From IMG/VR virus record IMGVR_UViG_3300032167_000006: DNA of 64,000 nt, one strand, 5' to 3'. A program made the position numbers and the translations under genes. Of this stretch, positions 40,901 to 49,428 are shown in pieces. The stretch comes from a virus (Duplodnaviria; Caudoviricetes). The notes beneath the pieces are model-generated. The model had not been told where the DNA came from, did not search any database, and saw only the letters and a list, made by a program, of their open reading frames with translations. The number at the start of each line of letters is the position of its first letter. Positions within the stretch are counted from its first letter, which is position 1.

Positions 40901-43900
40901 TACTAATGGGTTAAGAGAAACTAATAGAGATAAAAATACCATAGATAATGCATTTAAAGGTATGGCTTCAAATCCTGAAGAGATGAAGAAATTTGCTGAT
41001 TCTATTGGATTTTCTATTAAAGGTAAAACCACTGATGAACAAATAGATTCTCTTAAAAGACGCTTTACTAAAATAATAGATAATGGCGAAGGTGAGAGAA
41101 GAAAACGTGAATCTGTATTAGGTATAAAAGGTGAAGAAGGAATCTCTGCAAGACAAAAATTTGCAGAAGAACTTGAATTTACCGGAAGCATAGAAGAAAA
41201 GCAAAAACAACTTGTTGCTCTTGCTAAGTATTATGGAGTACCTATTAAAGATATTTCTAAATATGATAATGACGATGCATTAAATAAATCATATATTAGA
41301 ATTATTGAAAAGAATAATGCTAGAGGCACTATGGGTAGCCCCTTAGCCCCTGGCTCTGTATCATATGTTAATAATCATGAGTTTGCATTAACTCCAAGTG
41401 GTATGCATAGACTTCCCACTGGTAAGGTTAGATTTAGTGAACCAACTCATATTATAAACTCTGAGCAGTCTCATGCTCTTGGACTTATAAGTGGCCCAAA
41501 ACGCACTAATGCTCAAGGATATGCTTTAGAAAAAGCTGCTGCTAGAGCTAATGGTGATACTATCGCTAGCCATGCTGATGGTACCAATATGAAAGTTGGC
41601 AAAGATGGTAATATGGATGCTAAAGAAATATTATCTGAAGCTAAGAAATTTATACCTGAGGCTGCAAGTGGTGGTCTTATAGGTGGTATTCTTTCTATGG
41701 TATTAGGATTAGCTGGCGGTCCTTTAGTTGGCGCTGCTCTTGGTGCCGGTGGTTCAATCTTAGCTAGCTCTGATACTCTTAAAGAAAAACTCTTTGGTAA
41801 AGCAGGAAAAGATGGAAAACGTGAAGGTGGTATTGTATCAAAAACCATCATGGATAAATTCCATAAATACTTCCCTGATATGACTAAATATGGTCTTGCT
41901 GGATTAATACCTGGTTTATTAACTCCTCTTGGTCCTATTGGCGGTATCATGGCTGGTGCTGCTTTTGGTTATTTAAAGAATAATGAAAAATTCACTAATA
42001 AATATTTTGGTGAAGAAGGCGCTTTCCATATTAAATCTAAAGATAAGAAAATTATAGAACAGTTAATGCCTGGAGCTGCTAAAGGCGCTGCTGCTGGTGC
42101 TATTGCTACATTATTATTACCGACTCCATTTGGTTTTCTTGGTAATGCTGTAATAGGTGCTGGTCTTGGTATGATGGCTTCTACTAATGATTTTAAAGAT
42201 TTAATACTTGGTAAAGAAGTTGATGGAGAACGCATGGGTGGTATTGTAGGTGCGTTTAAAGATGCATTTAAACCATTCGCTGATTCTATGAAAGAAGCTG
42301 GAAGTAAATTAAAAGATTCTTTCGAAGCAAATATAATAGACCCATTAGGTAAACTTATAAAACCTGCTATTCATGCATTGCCTATAGCACTTGGTTCATT
42401 ACCTAGACTTTTATCTAAAGCATTTGATAAATTCTTTGGTACTAGAATAGGCAGAACTATAGAAACTCGTGTTAAGGCTTTATTTAGTAAACCTGCTAAA
42501 GCATTAGGATGGGTTGGTAAGAAAGCAGCTGGATTAGGAAGTGGAATTATGTCATTAATCGGTGCTCCTATTAGGGGCGCTGGTGACAGGCTTAAAGCAT
42601 ACAATGTACGTCATGGGAACCTTATGGATGAAGATGCACGTGATATTGTAGGATGGATGGATACGCAACAGGAAAAGAAAAAGTTAGGCAAAAGAACTCC
42701 ATTATTTAAAAATAGATATAAAGTATCTTCAACTTTAAGAGCTGTTGCTGGAATTGGCGAAGAAGGCGGTATGGATATAGAAACTGCTGAAAGTTTAATG
42801 CGTAATTTAGAACGTATGAATGATACTGAAGCCACTGCTCAAACCAGATTTAATAAAGAAAAAAAGAGCATTAATAACTTATTAACAAGCTATGAATATC
42901 GTGAAGGTAAAAAGATATCTGATAAAGCTGTTAAGAATATTCTTAAAGCTGCTAATAAAAAAGATTATGATGAAATATCTAAAATATTACAAAAAGAAGG
43001 TCTTTCTAAAGAAGAATTTAATACCTTCATGGAAAAGGGCGGTTTAAAATCTGCTGTTTCAAATGTTGCAGATGCTCAATTTAGATTGAAAAATATAAAA
43101 AATATTACAGATAAAGATGCTGGCAAAGCTGCAGAAGAGCAATTACGTGCTCTAGGAATTGATCCTAAAGATCTTAAATTAAATGATAAAAGATCAAGAG
43201 CCGAGGCTGCACAATTAATTAAAAATCAATTACAGTTAGTTAATCCTGATAAAGTATTAGATTATGAAACTAAACTTGAAACAGAGAATAATGAAAATAT
43301 ATCAACTATTACTGAAAAAGTTGGTAGTATTGATGAAGCATTTAAACAAATGCTTGATATTCTTAGAGGTAAAGATGATAAAGTTAAAACTAATCAAGAA
43401 AAAATTGAAAGCAAACTAAATAAAGGTATAAATGCAGCAGATGAAAAATATACCGAAACTCAGCAAAAAGCAGAAGAAAAAATTGCTGAAGTTTTAGGTA
43501 AAGGTGAAGTTGAACAGTTAAGCAAAGAAGCTAAAGATAATTTAACTAGAACTACTAAAAAACGTAAACGTATTAAATCTTATACAAAATTCGGAGTTAA
43601 TGCTGCAAACGCAACTGCTGATGATTTTAAAAATGCTAGAAAAGCAACTTTCAATTTATTTAAAAGAATTCCTCAATACGTAGTACGTAGAATTACTCCT
43701 GAAGCTCATAAAGTTTTATCTAAATATACTGAAGCTAAAGCCAATAGAGTTAGTAAAGCATTAGGATCTAAATATATTAAGCATATGATTAAATATGGTA
43801 ATTATAATATAGATCCAGAAACTTTAGAGGTATTGAGTGATACTGCATATACTAGAGATTTAAATACTATAGGCCCTGTTTTAGTTAGAGCATATGAAAG

Positions 43901-46900
43901 TGGATATGTTGAGGTTTATAAACGTTATCCGTCTATAAAAGCAATTGCTACTATGAGGGATAAAGATATTTATGAGATTACTAAAATAATAGGACATAAG
44001 AAACCAATAGAAGATAATATTAAAACAGCAACTATTAATACAGTTAATGCTGTGAAAAATTCACCTAAAGCAGTAAAAGATTATACTGCCAAAACAGTTC
44101 ATAATGTTTCCGATAAGGTTCGTGGATATATTGATAATATGAAAGCCAATAGCGGAGTAGAAATAGTTGATGCTGATTTTGTAGATGATCAAGAAACTCC
44201 TTCAAATGCTTGGGGCACAGTATTAGCCACTATCGGTAAAACTGCTTTAAAAGGAGTTGGAGCTGCTGCTAAAGGCGCTGTAAAGTTAGCAGGAAAAGGT
44301 ATTAAAGCCGTTGGTAAAGGTATTGGCAGCGGTGTTAAATCTTTATTTGCTGGAAAAGACGAAATGGCTGCTGCTACTAGCGGAGGATTTTTAGGTAATT
44401 TATTTAATAAACTTAAAAATCATAAATCTGACGATGGCGGCAATTTAAATGAAACAGATAGAGCCGGTGATGGTAAAGATGTTGTTCATGTTGGCGGCGG
44501 AGACTTTATTCAAGTTGAACGTGGTACTGACGGTAGTGTTCAGCCAGATACTCAAGATTCTAATACCAAAACAGTTTTAAATAAACTTAGTTTAAAAGAA
44601 AAAATGAATGAGAAGTTCCAAGCTGCACAAATGAAAGTTAACGAACTTATTCATAATACTTTTGACACTTCAAAAGAAAAAGGTTCAAAAGGTGGTAAAT
44701 TAAGTTGGATTAGCCTTCTTTTAGGTGGTACTATATTAGCAAAATCAGGTATATTAAAAACATTATTTAATAATATTATAAAACCTGTATGGACTAATCA
44801 TATTCAACCTTGGTTAAAGAATACAGCAGTTCCATGGTTTACAGATTTTTGGACCAATAAAGCTGTTCCTGCATTAGAAAAAACTGCAGGATACTTAATA
44901 GGCGAACTTATTAAGAAATTACCAGATGCAATTATACAATCATTCACAGCATTACCTAGAATTATTGGTGGTATTTTCGATGCATTTACAGGAAATAAAA
45001 CCAATTCTGGCGGTAGCAATACAATAGATGCTAATTCAATATCTGAATCTAATGGTGGCGGTAATGTTAAAACCGGAATGACCGATGAAAATGGAAATGT
45101 TTTAACTACAAATGATATTGCTAATAATAATTTTGGGAAGATATACAATGCAGATGGTGTTGAAGGTACCGTTAATGAAGATGGCACAGTAACATTTAAA
45201 GATACTTCTTTTAAAGGATCTTCATATGTTAAAACTACTGCTAATGCAGCGGCTCATGGTTATGCTAAGGCAATGGCTAGAGGTAAAACAGCTAAATTAA
45301 CAACTACTGCTTTGAATGCTTCTAAAAAATTATCTAAACGCAAAGGTCTTGTAACTAAAGCTGCTGGAGTAACTGGTCAGGCAATATATAAACCAACAAC
45401 TATGAGTGAAAGTGCTGGTGCTGCTACTAGATCATTCTTAGATAAAAAAGTTGATGATGTTGCTTTAAAGATACTTGTTGATGCAGAAAATAAAGGTATT
45501 AAAGGTAAGGCTCTTGATGAGTTAACCGAACAGGTATTAACAAAAGGCGATGGTTCTAAAACATCTAAATTTGTACAAAAAATATCTGGTGCTAATGAAA
45601 ACGGCCTTATTAATAAGGTTAAAAGAGGCATTGAAGGAGCAAAATCTAAAGTTAAATCGGTAGCTGATAAAGCTAAAAATATATTTAGTAAAGGCGCTAA
45701 AGAGTCTGTGGAGGAAACTGTTGAAAAGACAGTTGCAAAAGGTGCCGCACAAACTGCAGAAGCTATTGTTAGTACTGCTACAAAAACTGGAGCTAAAGAA
45801 GCTACAGATCAAGCAGGTAAAGCAGTTACAAAAGCTGCCGCAAAAGTTGCAGATGGTGCAGTAGATGCTGCTACAAAAAATAAAGGATTATTGGCTAAAT
45901 TAGCAGCTAGAATGAAAGATGCTATAGCTAAACTTTGGGATAACTCTAAAGTACAAAAGGTTCTTTTAAAACTTGCTAAGGCTTTAGGCAAAACTAAGCC
46001 TGCGCAATTTGTAAAAGGTTTAAAAGAAAGCGTTGAAAAAATATTTAAAGAGGCTCTTGAAAAAGGTATTAAAAAAGCTGGTGCTTCTGTTGTTAAAAAC
46101 GTACTTGGTAAAGTGCTTTGGTGGGTAATGCTTATAGCCGACTTCCTTAGTGGTATGGATAAAGCAGAATCTATACTTGGTGTTACCGAGACAACAATTA
46201 TAGAAGAAGTAATTGCTGGTTTAATTAATGCTCTTTGTAATCTTTTAATTGTTCCTGCAATATTCCCTGGTGTTCCGTGGATTGCTAAATTCTTATTTAA
46301 GTTATTTGGACAAGATCTTGAAGAACGTCAGAAGAAAGCTGAAGAAGAAGCCAAGAAGTATAATGAAGAGAATGGTACTACTTTAACTACAGAAGAATAT
46401 CTTGAACAGCAATATTCTGTACAAGGTAAAGCAAAGAAAGGTATTAAAGATTTCTGGAAAAAAATTACTGGTAAATCTAAGAATAAAAAGAAAAATAGTG
46501 ATACCTCCCCTCCAAAATCTGTTGTTGCTTCAAATGCATCTGGTACATTAAATATATCAAGTGCAGGAGATGGAATAATAAGCGTTATAAGTGATAATCT
46601 TAATAATACTTATGATACAATTTCAGATTCAACAGCTACAATGAAAGACGATAAGAATTTAGAAAGAGTATTACAAAAATCTGCTGAAGGTAAAATTTCC
46701 ATTTTATCTAAAGAATATTGGGAAAAGGGTATTAATAATAAAGATACGTCACTTAGTGGCACATTAAAGAAATCCTATGGTATGCTTACAAAACTTACCA
46801 ATTTTCCAATATTGATGTTACAAAATATACTTAGTGGTATGACTGATTCTATAGTCGAAATAGGAGATACCTTATCTGGCGATAATAGTTTTTCTAATAA

Positions 46901-49346
46901 TAAATCTAATAATAAATCTAATAATAAATCATTCCTTGGTAAAATAAAGAATTTTTTTAAAGGAATTATATCTAAAATTAAAGGTATATTTGGCAAAGGT
47001 ACTGGAAGTTATAAGTATGGCAGAGGCGGTTATTCTAAACAAATAGATCCTTCCATCTCAAATGTAAGATTTAATAGTTCTGCAGATTCAGATTATCAAA
47101 CTATTGGTGATTCTGGATGTGGTCCAGCTGCCGCTGTAAATGTGATGGAATCTATGTATGGTAGAGGAAATCCTGTTACTTCTGCTGCTAAATTTGCTCT
47201 TAGAGGTGGATACAAAGAAATTAATGGCGGTACTGAACCTGGATTCTTTGGTGATTATTTTGCTGCTAATGGATATAATTCTCATACTTCATATAATAAG
47301 AATCAAATTGAGAGAAACATTAGAAAAGGAATGCCTACTGTTATTATGGGTAGAGATCCTGGTGGAGTTTCTTCATCATCTCCATTCGGAAGCAATCCTC
47401 ATTATGTAACTGTAACTGGTGTTGATAACAAAGGATATGCTATTGTGCAAGATCCAGAATCTAAGTATGATAATCAACGTTATCCTTTAAAAAATCTTAT
47501 GAATAAGACTTCTCTTGGAGTATCAGCATATGGACGTAGTGCATGGGGTAGAGCAACTGATAATCTTTTTAATGATACAACAGACAAAGTTTGGTGGTAT
47601 CTTAAAAATGAAATGGGATTAAGTGATGCAGGTGCTGCAGCCGTATTAGGTAATTTTAATCAGGAATCTAATGTTAATCCAATATTACTAGAATCTGGTA
47701 AATATAAAAATAATAATAAATATACCAATGAATCATATACTGCATTAGTTGATGATGGTTCAATTACTAGAAATCAGTTTATTAATGTACCAAGTTATAG
47801 AAATAAGGTAGGATATGGACTTGCTCAATGGACTTATTATACTAGAAGACAGGGATTATACGATCATGCTGTAGGCACAAATAAAGCATCTATTGGCGAT
47901 CTTACATCTCAGCTTCAATATTTTAATAAAGAAATAAGCGGTTATCCAAAATTATTAGAATCATTAAAAACTGATGGGGACGTAGGCGCTTTAACAGAAT
48001 CAATTTCTAATGAGTATCTTAAACCAGGCACACCAATGCTTGAAAATCGTAAGAGATTTGCAAATCAGTATTACGATAAGTATATGTGGTCAGAAGGAAC
48101 AGCTATTGATAGTAATACATCATCTACTTCTACAACAAGCACTGATAAAAAATCCGATACGGCATCTAATGGCGAAGAAACCAGTTCAAATAGTATATTT
48201 GATTATCTTTCAAATGAACTTTCTGCATTAGGACCTATTAAAAATGCTAATGCTCTTAGTGAAGCTATAAATGGGTTATCAGATCTAACCAATTTTATTA
48301 AAGGATTTAATATGACTGGCACTAATATCACAGACTCTAATAGCACAACAACTGATACTAGTGGTAATACTACTTCAACTACTGGATATTCCAAGTATGT
48401 AGAAAATATCACTAAATATGCTAAAGAAGAGTTAGATCTTGGTGTACAGGAAGATCCTATGGGTACTAATAAAATTAAATATAATGATTGGTACTATGGT
48501 GGAGCAGATAAATATGGTGATGAAGCTGCGTGGTGTGGTGCATTTGTATCATGGATTGCAAATAAAGCCGGCGTTCCAACTAGTATTATACCAAAATATA
48601 TTAATTGTAATGATGGATTAAATAAGTTAAAAACTAATGGAGCTACAATTATAACTGATCCGAAGAAGTCTCAGCCTGGAGATATTTTCTTTATAGACTA
48701 TGCCGATGAAAATGGTAAAAGAAATGGAACTCCTAATCACACTGGTATTGTATATAAAAACAATTCCGATGGTACTCCTGTAACTATTGAAGGTAACTAC
48801 GATAATAAAGTTGCATTAGTATCTCGTAGTTCAAACACTACAGATTATGCTGGTATTACATTAGCTCGTCCTAAATATGGTCAAGGTGGCGGTTCTAAAC
48901 CTTTATCTAAGTATGGTCAATTTAAGGATTCTATGTATGGAACTGGTTCTAATTGTGCTGGTGTTAAATGCATAAGTTCTAATGGTTATAATAACCTTAG
49001 AAGCAAGCCTGCTGGTAATCCCGCATATACTAATTCAGGCACAGGTACTATTGTATATGGAATGGGTAATAACCATGATTATAGTAATTTAATTAATGCT
49101 ATAATAAATATTTTAATGACTATAGCTGACAATACAGATAAGCTTAATACAATTGTGACAATATTGAATACTAAGCTCAATCTCAATATTAATGCTAATG
49201 ATGTAAGTAACGCCACATCAAATAAACAATCATTAAAATCTAAACTTGCTAATGCTTTAAATGGTATTAATCAAGCACAGCATAGTACCGAAGATAATTC
49301 TATTAGTTCAATTATCACTGCAATGAATGCTATTGCATCTGAATAA
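37986..49346 (+). CDS. Tape-measure-like tail protein with C39-like peptidase, phage tail lysozyme and CHAP domains
   Basis: 3786 aa, helical and K/A-rich, with glycine-zipper hydrophobic segments; SGCGPAAA..HYV..DP (about 47030-47530); LGNFNQES..GYGLAQWT (about 47580-48090); WCGAFVSW..HTGIV..IEGN (about 48400-48880). Confidence 0.85.
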   Translation: MAVNYLKNVMKSVAYAASDTFDNLTPALKEFKETNRDFTTATYATLKNPKAFVKRQVKAVQESKLYQAIEYGARNIVEDLRTGNFYNREREERDEAKLGGLDADSWDDLSEFGISDNWEKDVNSSNEGITAGDKAVVKSIEKSNQAVANTTVNAIIATSDREVATSKANAGMAYIQNERLFGGLHKDMTILGNTMHQMYNLQAASLQNIDKNLSDYFTQESKLNVERNKILAEMLELQRNMYKSADEKTKANQKPSTKLRWGDINTNGIIDINKYFEVVKKNINNELAAHMPAGFGGDDGNMLAAMMTSPLKFAVQYVVDGIIPATVKQASTELNNTISGVFGTILNRLNNAKGKNGIAGFLAKFLGVNLGVNANIDTSKYEKGPVPFDGLTRKAIIDVIPAHLRRIEAAITGRPEEVFDYQNGKWVTMDSIKKQYKNIKTNAEKSSTADIIDEMSSGIKSERASIGKADGSRGEKDFDKAIEEFRQYLYLVGGDFNPRASASKNGINASNFPMLNKYYDRIVSVFKNTKISTRMQIANRVNDARESANRIYRGAETDPTNIYQTYFSSPTADTHGKWKDDGKTFEAYNLLNKEDKRGNSVYDYLYNINRALITIGSNGGGFGTASGVKNSSISAELFKDFEPKNNLNKKSNDEWKQRQAADAKAMESAKKLIEKGIAVDGLLYEQDPERYLEIVGNLYEAQFTDRQIIELQNISSESALSRFMNKKVYKINPKTAKELEEATKKAEKESEKGTLETEKNKSFLKKVSEKIVGEKSILGGIASASAESFTNILTTANRAIYDMMFKYEMDADGDGNKKHYNGFVEALVGKATDSFKAIGERFKKDIIDPFKEKFGIGDDFKDRFKNSLTDKGAKLWKTFKDSNKSVYGPILDQMKVELGMKQGETKAQQHRANNRKSINSKIYKVNNAENIYDNEFYEILKDYGLNPIDFADNPAKAKEAILPILYADLLKNTNGLRETNRDKNTIDNAFKGMASNPEEMKKFADSIGFSIKGKTTDEQIDSLKRRFTKIIDNGEGERRKRESVLGIKGEEGISARQKFAEELEFTGSIEEKQKQLVALAKYYGVPIKDISKYDNDDALNKSYIRIIEKNNARGTMGSPLAPGSVSYVNNHEFALTPSGMHRLPTGKVRFSEPTHIINSEQSHALGLISGPKRTNAQGYALEKAAARANGDTIASHADGTNMKVGKDGNMDAKEILSEAKKFIPEAASGGLIGGILSMVLGLAGGPLVGAALGAGGSILASSDTLKEKLFGKAGKDGKREGGIVSKTIMDKFHKYFPDMTKYGLAGLIPGLLTPLGPIGGIMAGAAFGYLKNNEKFTNKYFGEEGAFHIKSKDKKIIEQLMPGAAKGAAAGAIATLLLPTPFGFLGNAVIGAGLGMMASTNDFKDLILGKEVDGERMGGIVGAFKDAFKPFADSMKEAGSKLKDSFEANIIDPLGKLIKPAIHALPIALGSLPRLLSKAFDKFFGTRIGRTIETRVKALFSKPAKALGWVGKKAAGLGSGIMSLIGAPIRGAGDRLKAYNVRHGNLMDEDARDIVGWMDTQQEKKKLGKRTPLFKNRYKVSSTLRAVAGIGEEGGMDIETAESLMRNLERMNDTEATAQTRFNKEKKSINNLLTSYEYREGKKISDKAVKNILKAANKKDYDEISKILQKEGLSKEEFNTFMEKGGLKSAVSNVADAQFRLKNIKNITDKDAGKAAEEQLRALGIDPKDLKLNDKRSRAEAAQLIKNQLQLVNPDKVLDYETKLETENNENISTITEKVGSIDEAFKQMLDILRGKDDKVKTNQEKIESKLNKGINAADEKYTETQQKAEEKIAEVLGKGEVEQLSKEAKDNLTRTTKKRKRIKSYTKFGVNAANATADDFKNARKATFNLFKRIPQYVVRRITPEAHKVLSKYTEAKANRVSKALGSKYIKHMIKYGNYNIDPETLEVLSDTAYTRDLNTIGPVLVRAYESGYVEVYKRYPSIKAIATMRDKDIYEITKIIGHKKPIEDNIKTATINTVNAVKNSPKAVKDYTAKTVHNVSDKVRGYIDNMKANSGVEIVDADFVDDQETPSNAWGTVLATIGKTALKGVGAAAKGAVKLAGKGIKAVGKGIGSGVKSLFAGKDEMAAATSGGFLGNLFNKLKNHKSDDGGNLNETDRAGDGKDVVHVGGGDFIQVERGTDGSVQPDTQDSNTKTVLNKLSLKEKMNEKFQAAQMKVNELIHNTFDTSKEKGSKGGKLSWISLLLGGTILAKSGILKTLFNNIIKPVWTNHIQPWLKNTAVPWFTDFWTNKAVPALEKTAGYLIGELIKKLPDAIIQSFTALPRIIGGIFDAFTGNKTNSGGSNTIDANSISESNGGGNVKTGMTDENGNVLTTNDIANNNFGKIYNADGVEGTVNEDGTVTFKDTSFKGSSYVKTTANAAAHGYAKAMARGKTAKLTTTALNASKKLSKRKGLVTKAAGVTGQAIYKPTTMSESAGAATRSFLDKKVDDVALKILVDAENKGIKGKALDELTEQVLTKGDGSKTSKFVQKISGANENGLINKVKRGIEGAKSKVKSVADKAKNIFSKGAKESVEETVEKTVAKGAAQTAEAIVSTATKTGAKEATDQAGKAVTKAAAKVADGAVDAATKNKGLLAKLAARMKDAIAKLWDNSKVQKVLLKLAKALGKTKPAQFVKGLKESVEKIFKEALEKGIKKAGASVVKNVLGKVLWWVMLIADFLSGMDKAESILGVTETTIIEEVIAGLINALCNLLIVPAIFPGVPWIAKFLFKLFGQDLEERQKKAEEEAKKYNEENGTTLTTEEYLEQQYSVQGKAKKGIKDFWKKITGKSKNKKKNSDTSPPKSVVASNASGTLNISSAGDGIISVISDNLNNTYDTISDSTATMKDDKNLERVLQKSAEGKISILSKEYWEKGINNKDTSLSGTLKKSYGMLTKLTNFPILMLQNILSGMTDSIVEIGDTLSGDNSFSNNKSNNKSNNKSFLGKIKNFFKGIISKIKGIFGKGTGSYKYGRGGYSKQIDPSISNVRFNSSADSDYQTIGDSGCGPAAAVNVMESMYGRGNPVTSAAKFALRGGYKEINGGTEPGFFGDYFAANGYNSHTSYNKNQIERNIRKGMPTVIMGRDPGGVSSSSPFGSNPHYVTVTGVDNKGYAIVQDPESKYDNQRYPLKNLMNKTSLGVSAYGRSAWGRATDNLFNDTTDKVWWYLKNEMGLSDAGAAAVLGNFNQESNVNPILLESGKYKNNNKYTNESYTALVDDGSITRNQFINVPSYRNKVGYGLAQWTYYTRRQGLYDHAVGTNKASIGDLTSQLQYFNKEISGYPKLLESLKTDGDVGALTESISNEYLKPGTPMLENRKRFANQYYDKYMWSEGTAIDSNTSSTSTTSTDKKSDTASNGEETSSNSIFDYLSNELSALGPIKNANALSEAINGLSDLTNFIKGFNMTGTNITDSNSTTTDTSGNTTSTTGYSKYVENITKYAKEELDLGVQEDPMGTNKIKYNDWYYGGADKYGDEAAWCGAFVSWIANKAGVPTSIIPKYINCNDGLNKLKTNGATIITDPKKSQPGDIFFIDYADENGKRNGTPNHTGIVYKNNSDGTPVTIEGNYDNKVALVSRSSNTTDYAGITLARPKYGQGGGSKPLSKYGQFKDSMYGTGSNCAGVKCISSNGYNNLRSKPAGNPAYTNSGTGTIVYGMGNNHDYSNLINAIINILMTIADNTDKLNTIVTILNTKLNLNINANDVSNATSNKQSLKSKLANALNGINQAQHSTEDNSISSIITAMNAIASE
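46893..46930 (+). repeat. 12-bp in-frame tandem repeat TCTAATAATAAA x3 (SNNK)
   Basis: Seen directly in the sequence. Confidence 0.9.
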
Positions 49347-49363
49347 TTTAAATTAAAAGTTGT

Positions 49364-49391
49364 TTAGGCAGGTCTTTTTAGACCTGCCTAA
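49364..49391. terminator. Hairpin after the tape-measure gene
   Basis: ttaggcaggtct-tttt-agacctgcctaa; the 3' arm overlaps the next promoter. Confidence 0.65.
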
Positions 49392-49402
49392 CAATTAAGT
49401 AA
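49390..49402 (+). promoter_or_regulatory. Putative late promoter AACA-attaag-TAA
   Basis: +1 lies 28 nt before ATG 49429. Confidence 0.75.
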
Positions 49403-49428
49403 AATTATGATAAAGGTGGCGATTATAA

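Noticed and set aside
38140-48621. Many 60-145-aa overlapping or antisense ORFs inside the tape-measure gene (and similar ones in other long genes)
   Set aside because: No RBS or recognisable motifs; expected by-products of codon bias in long ORFs
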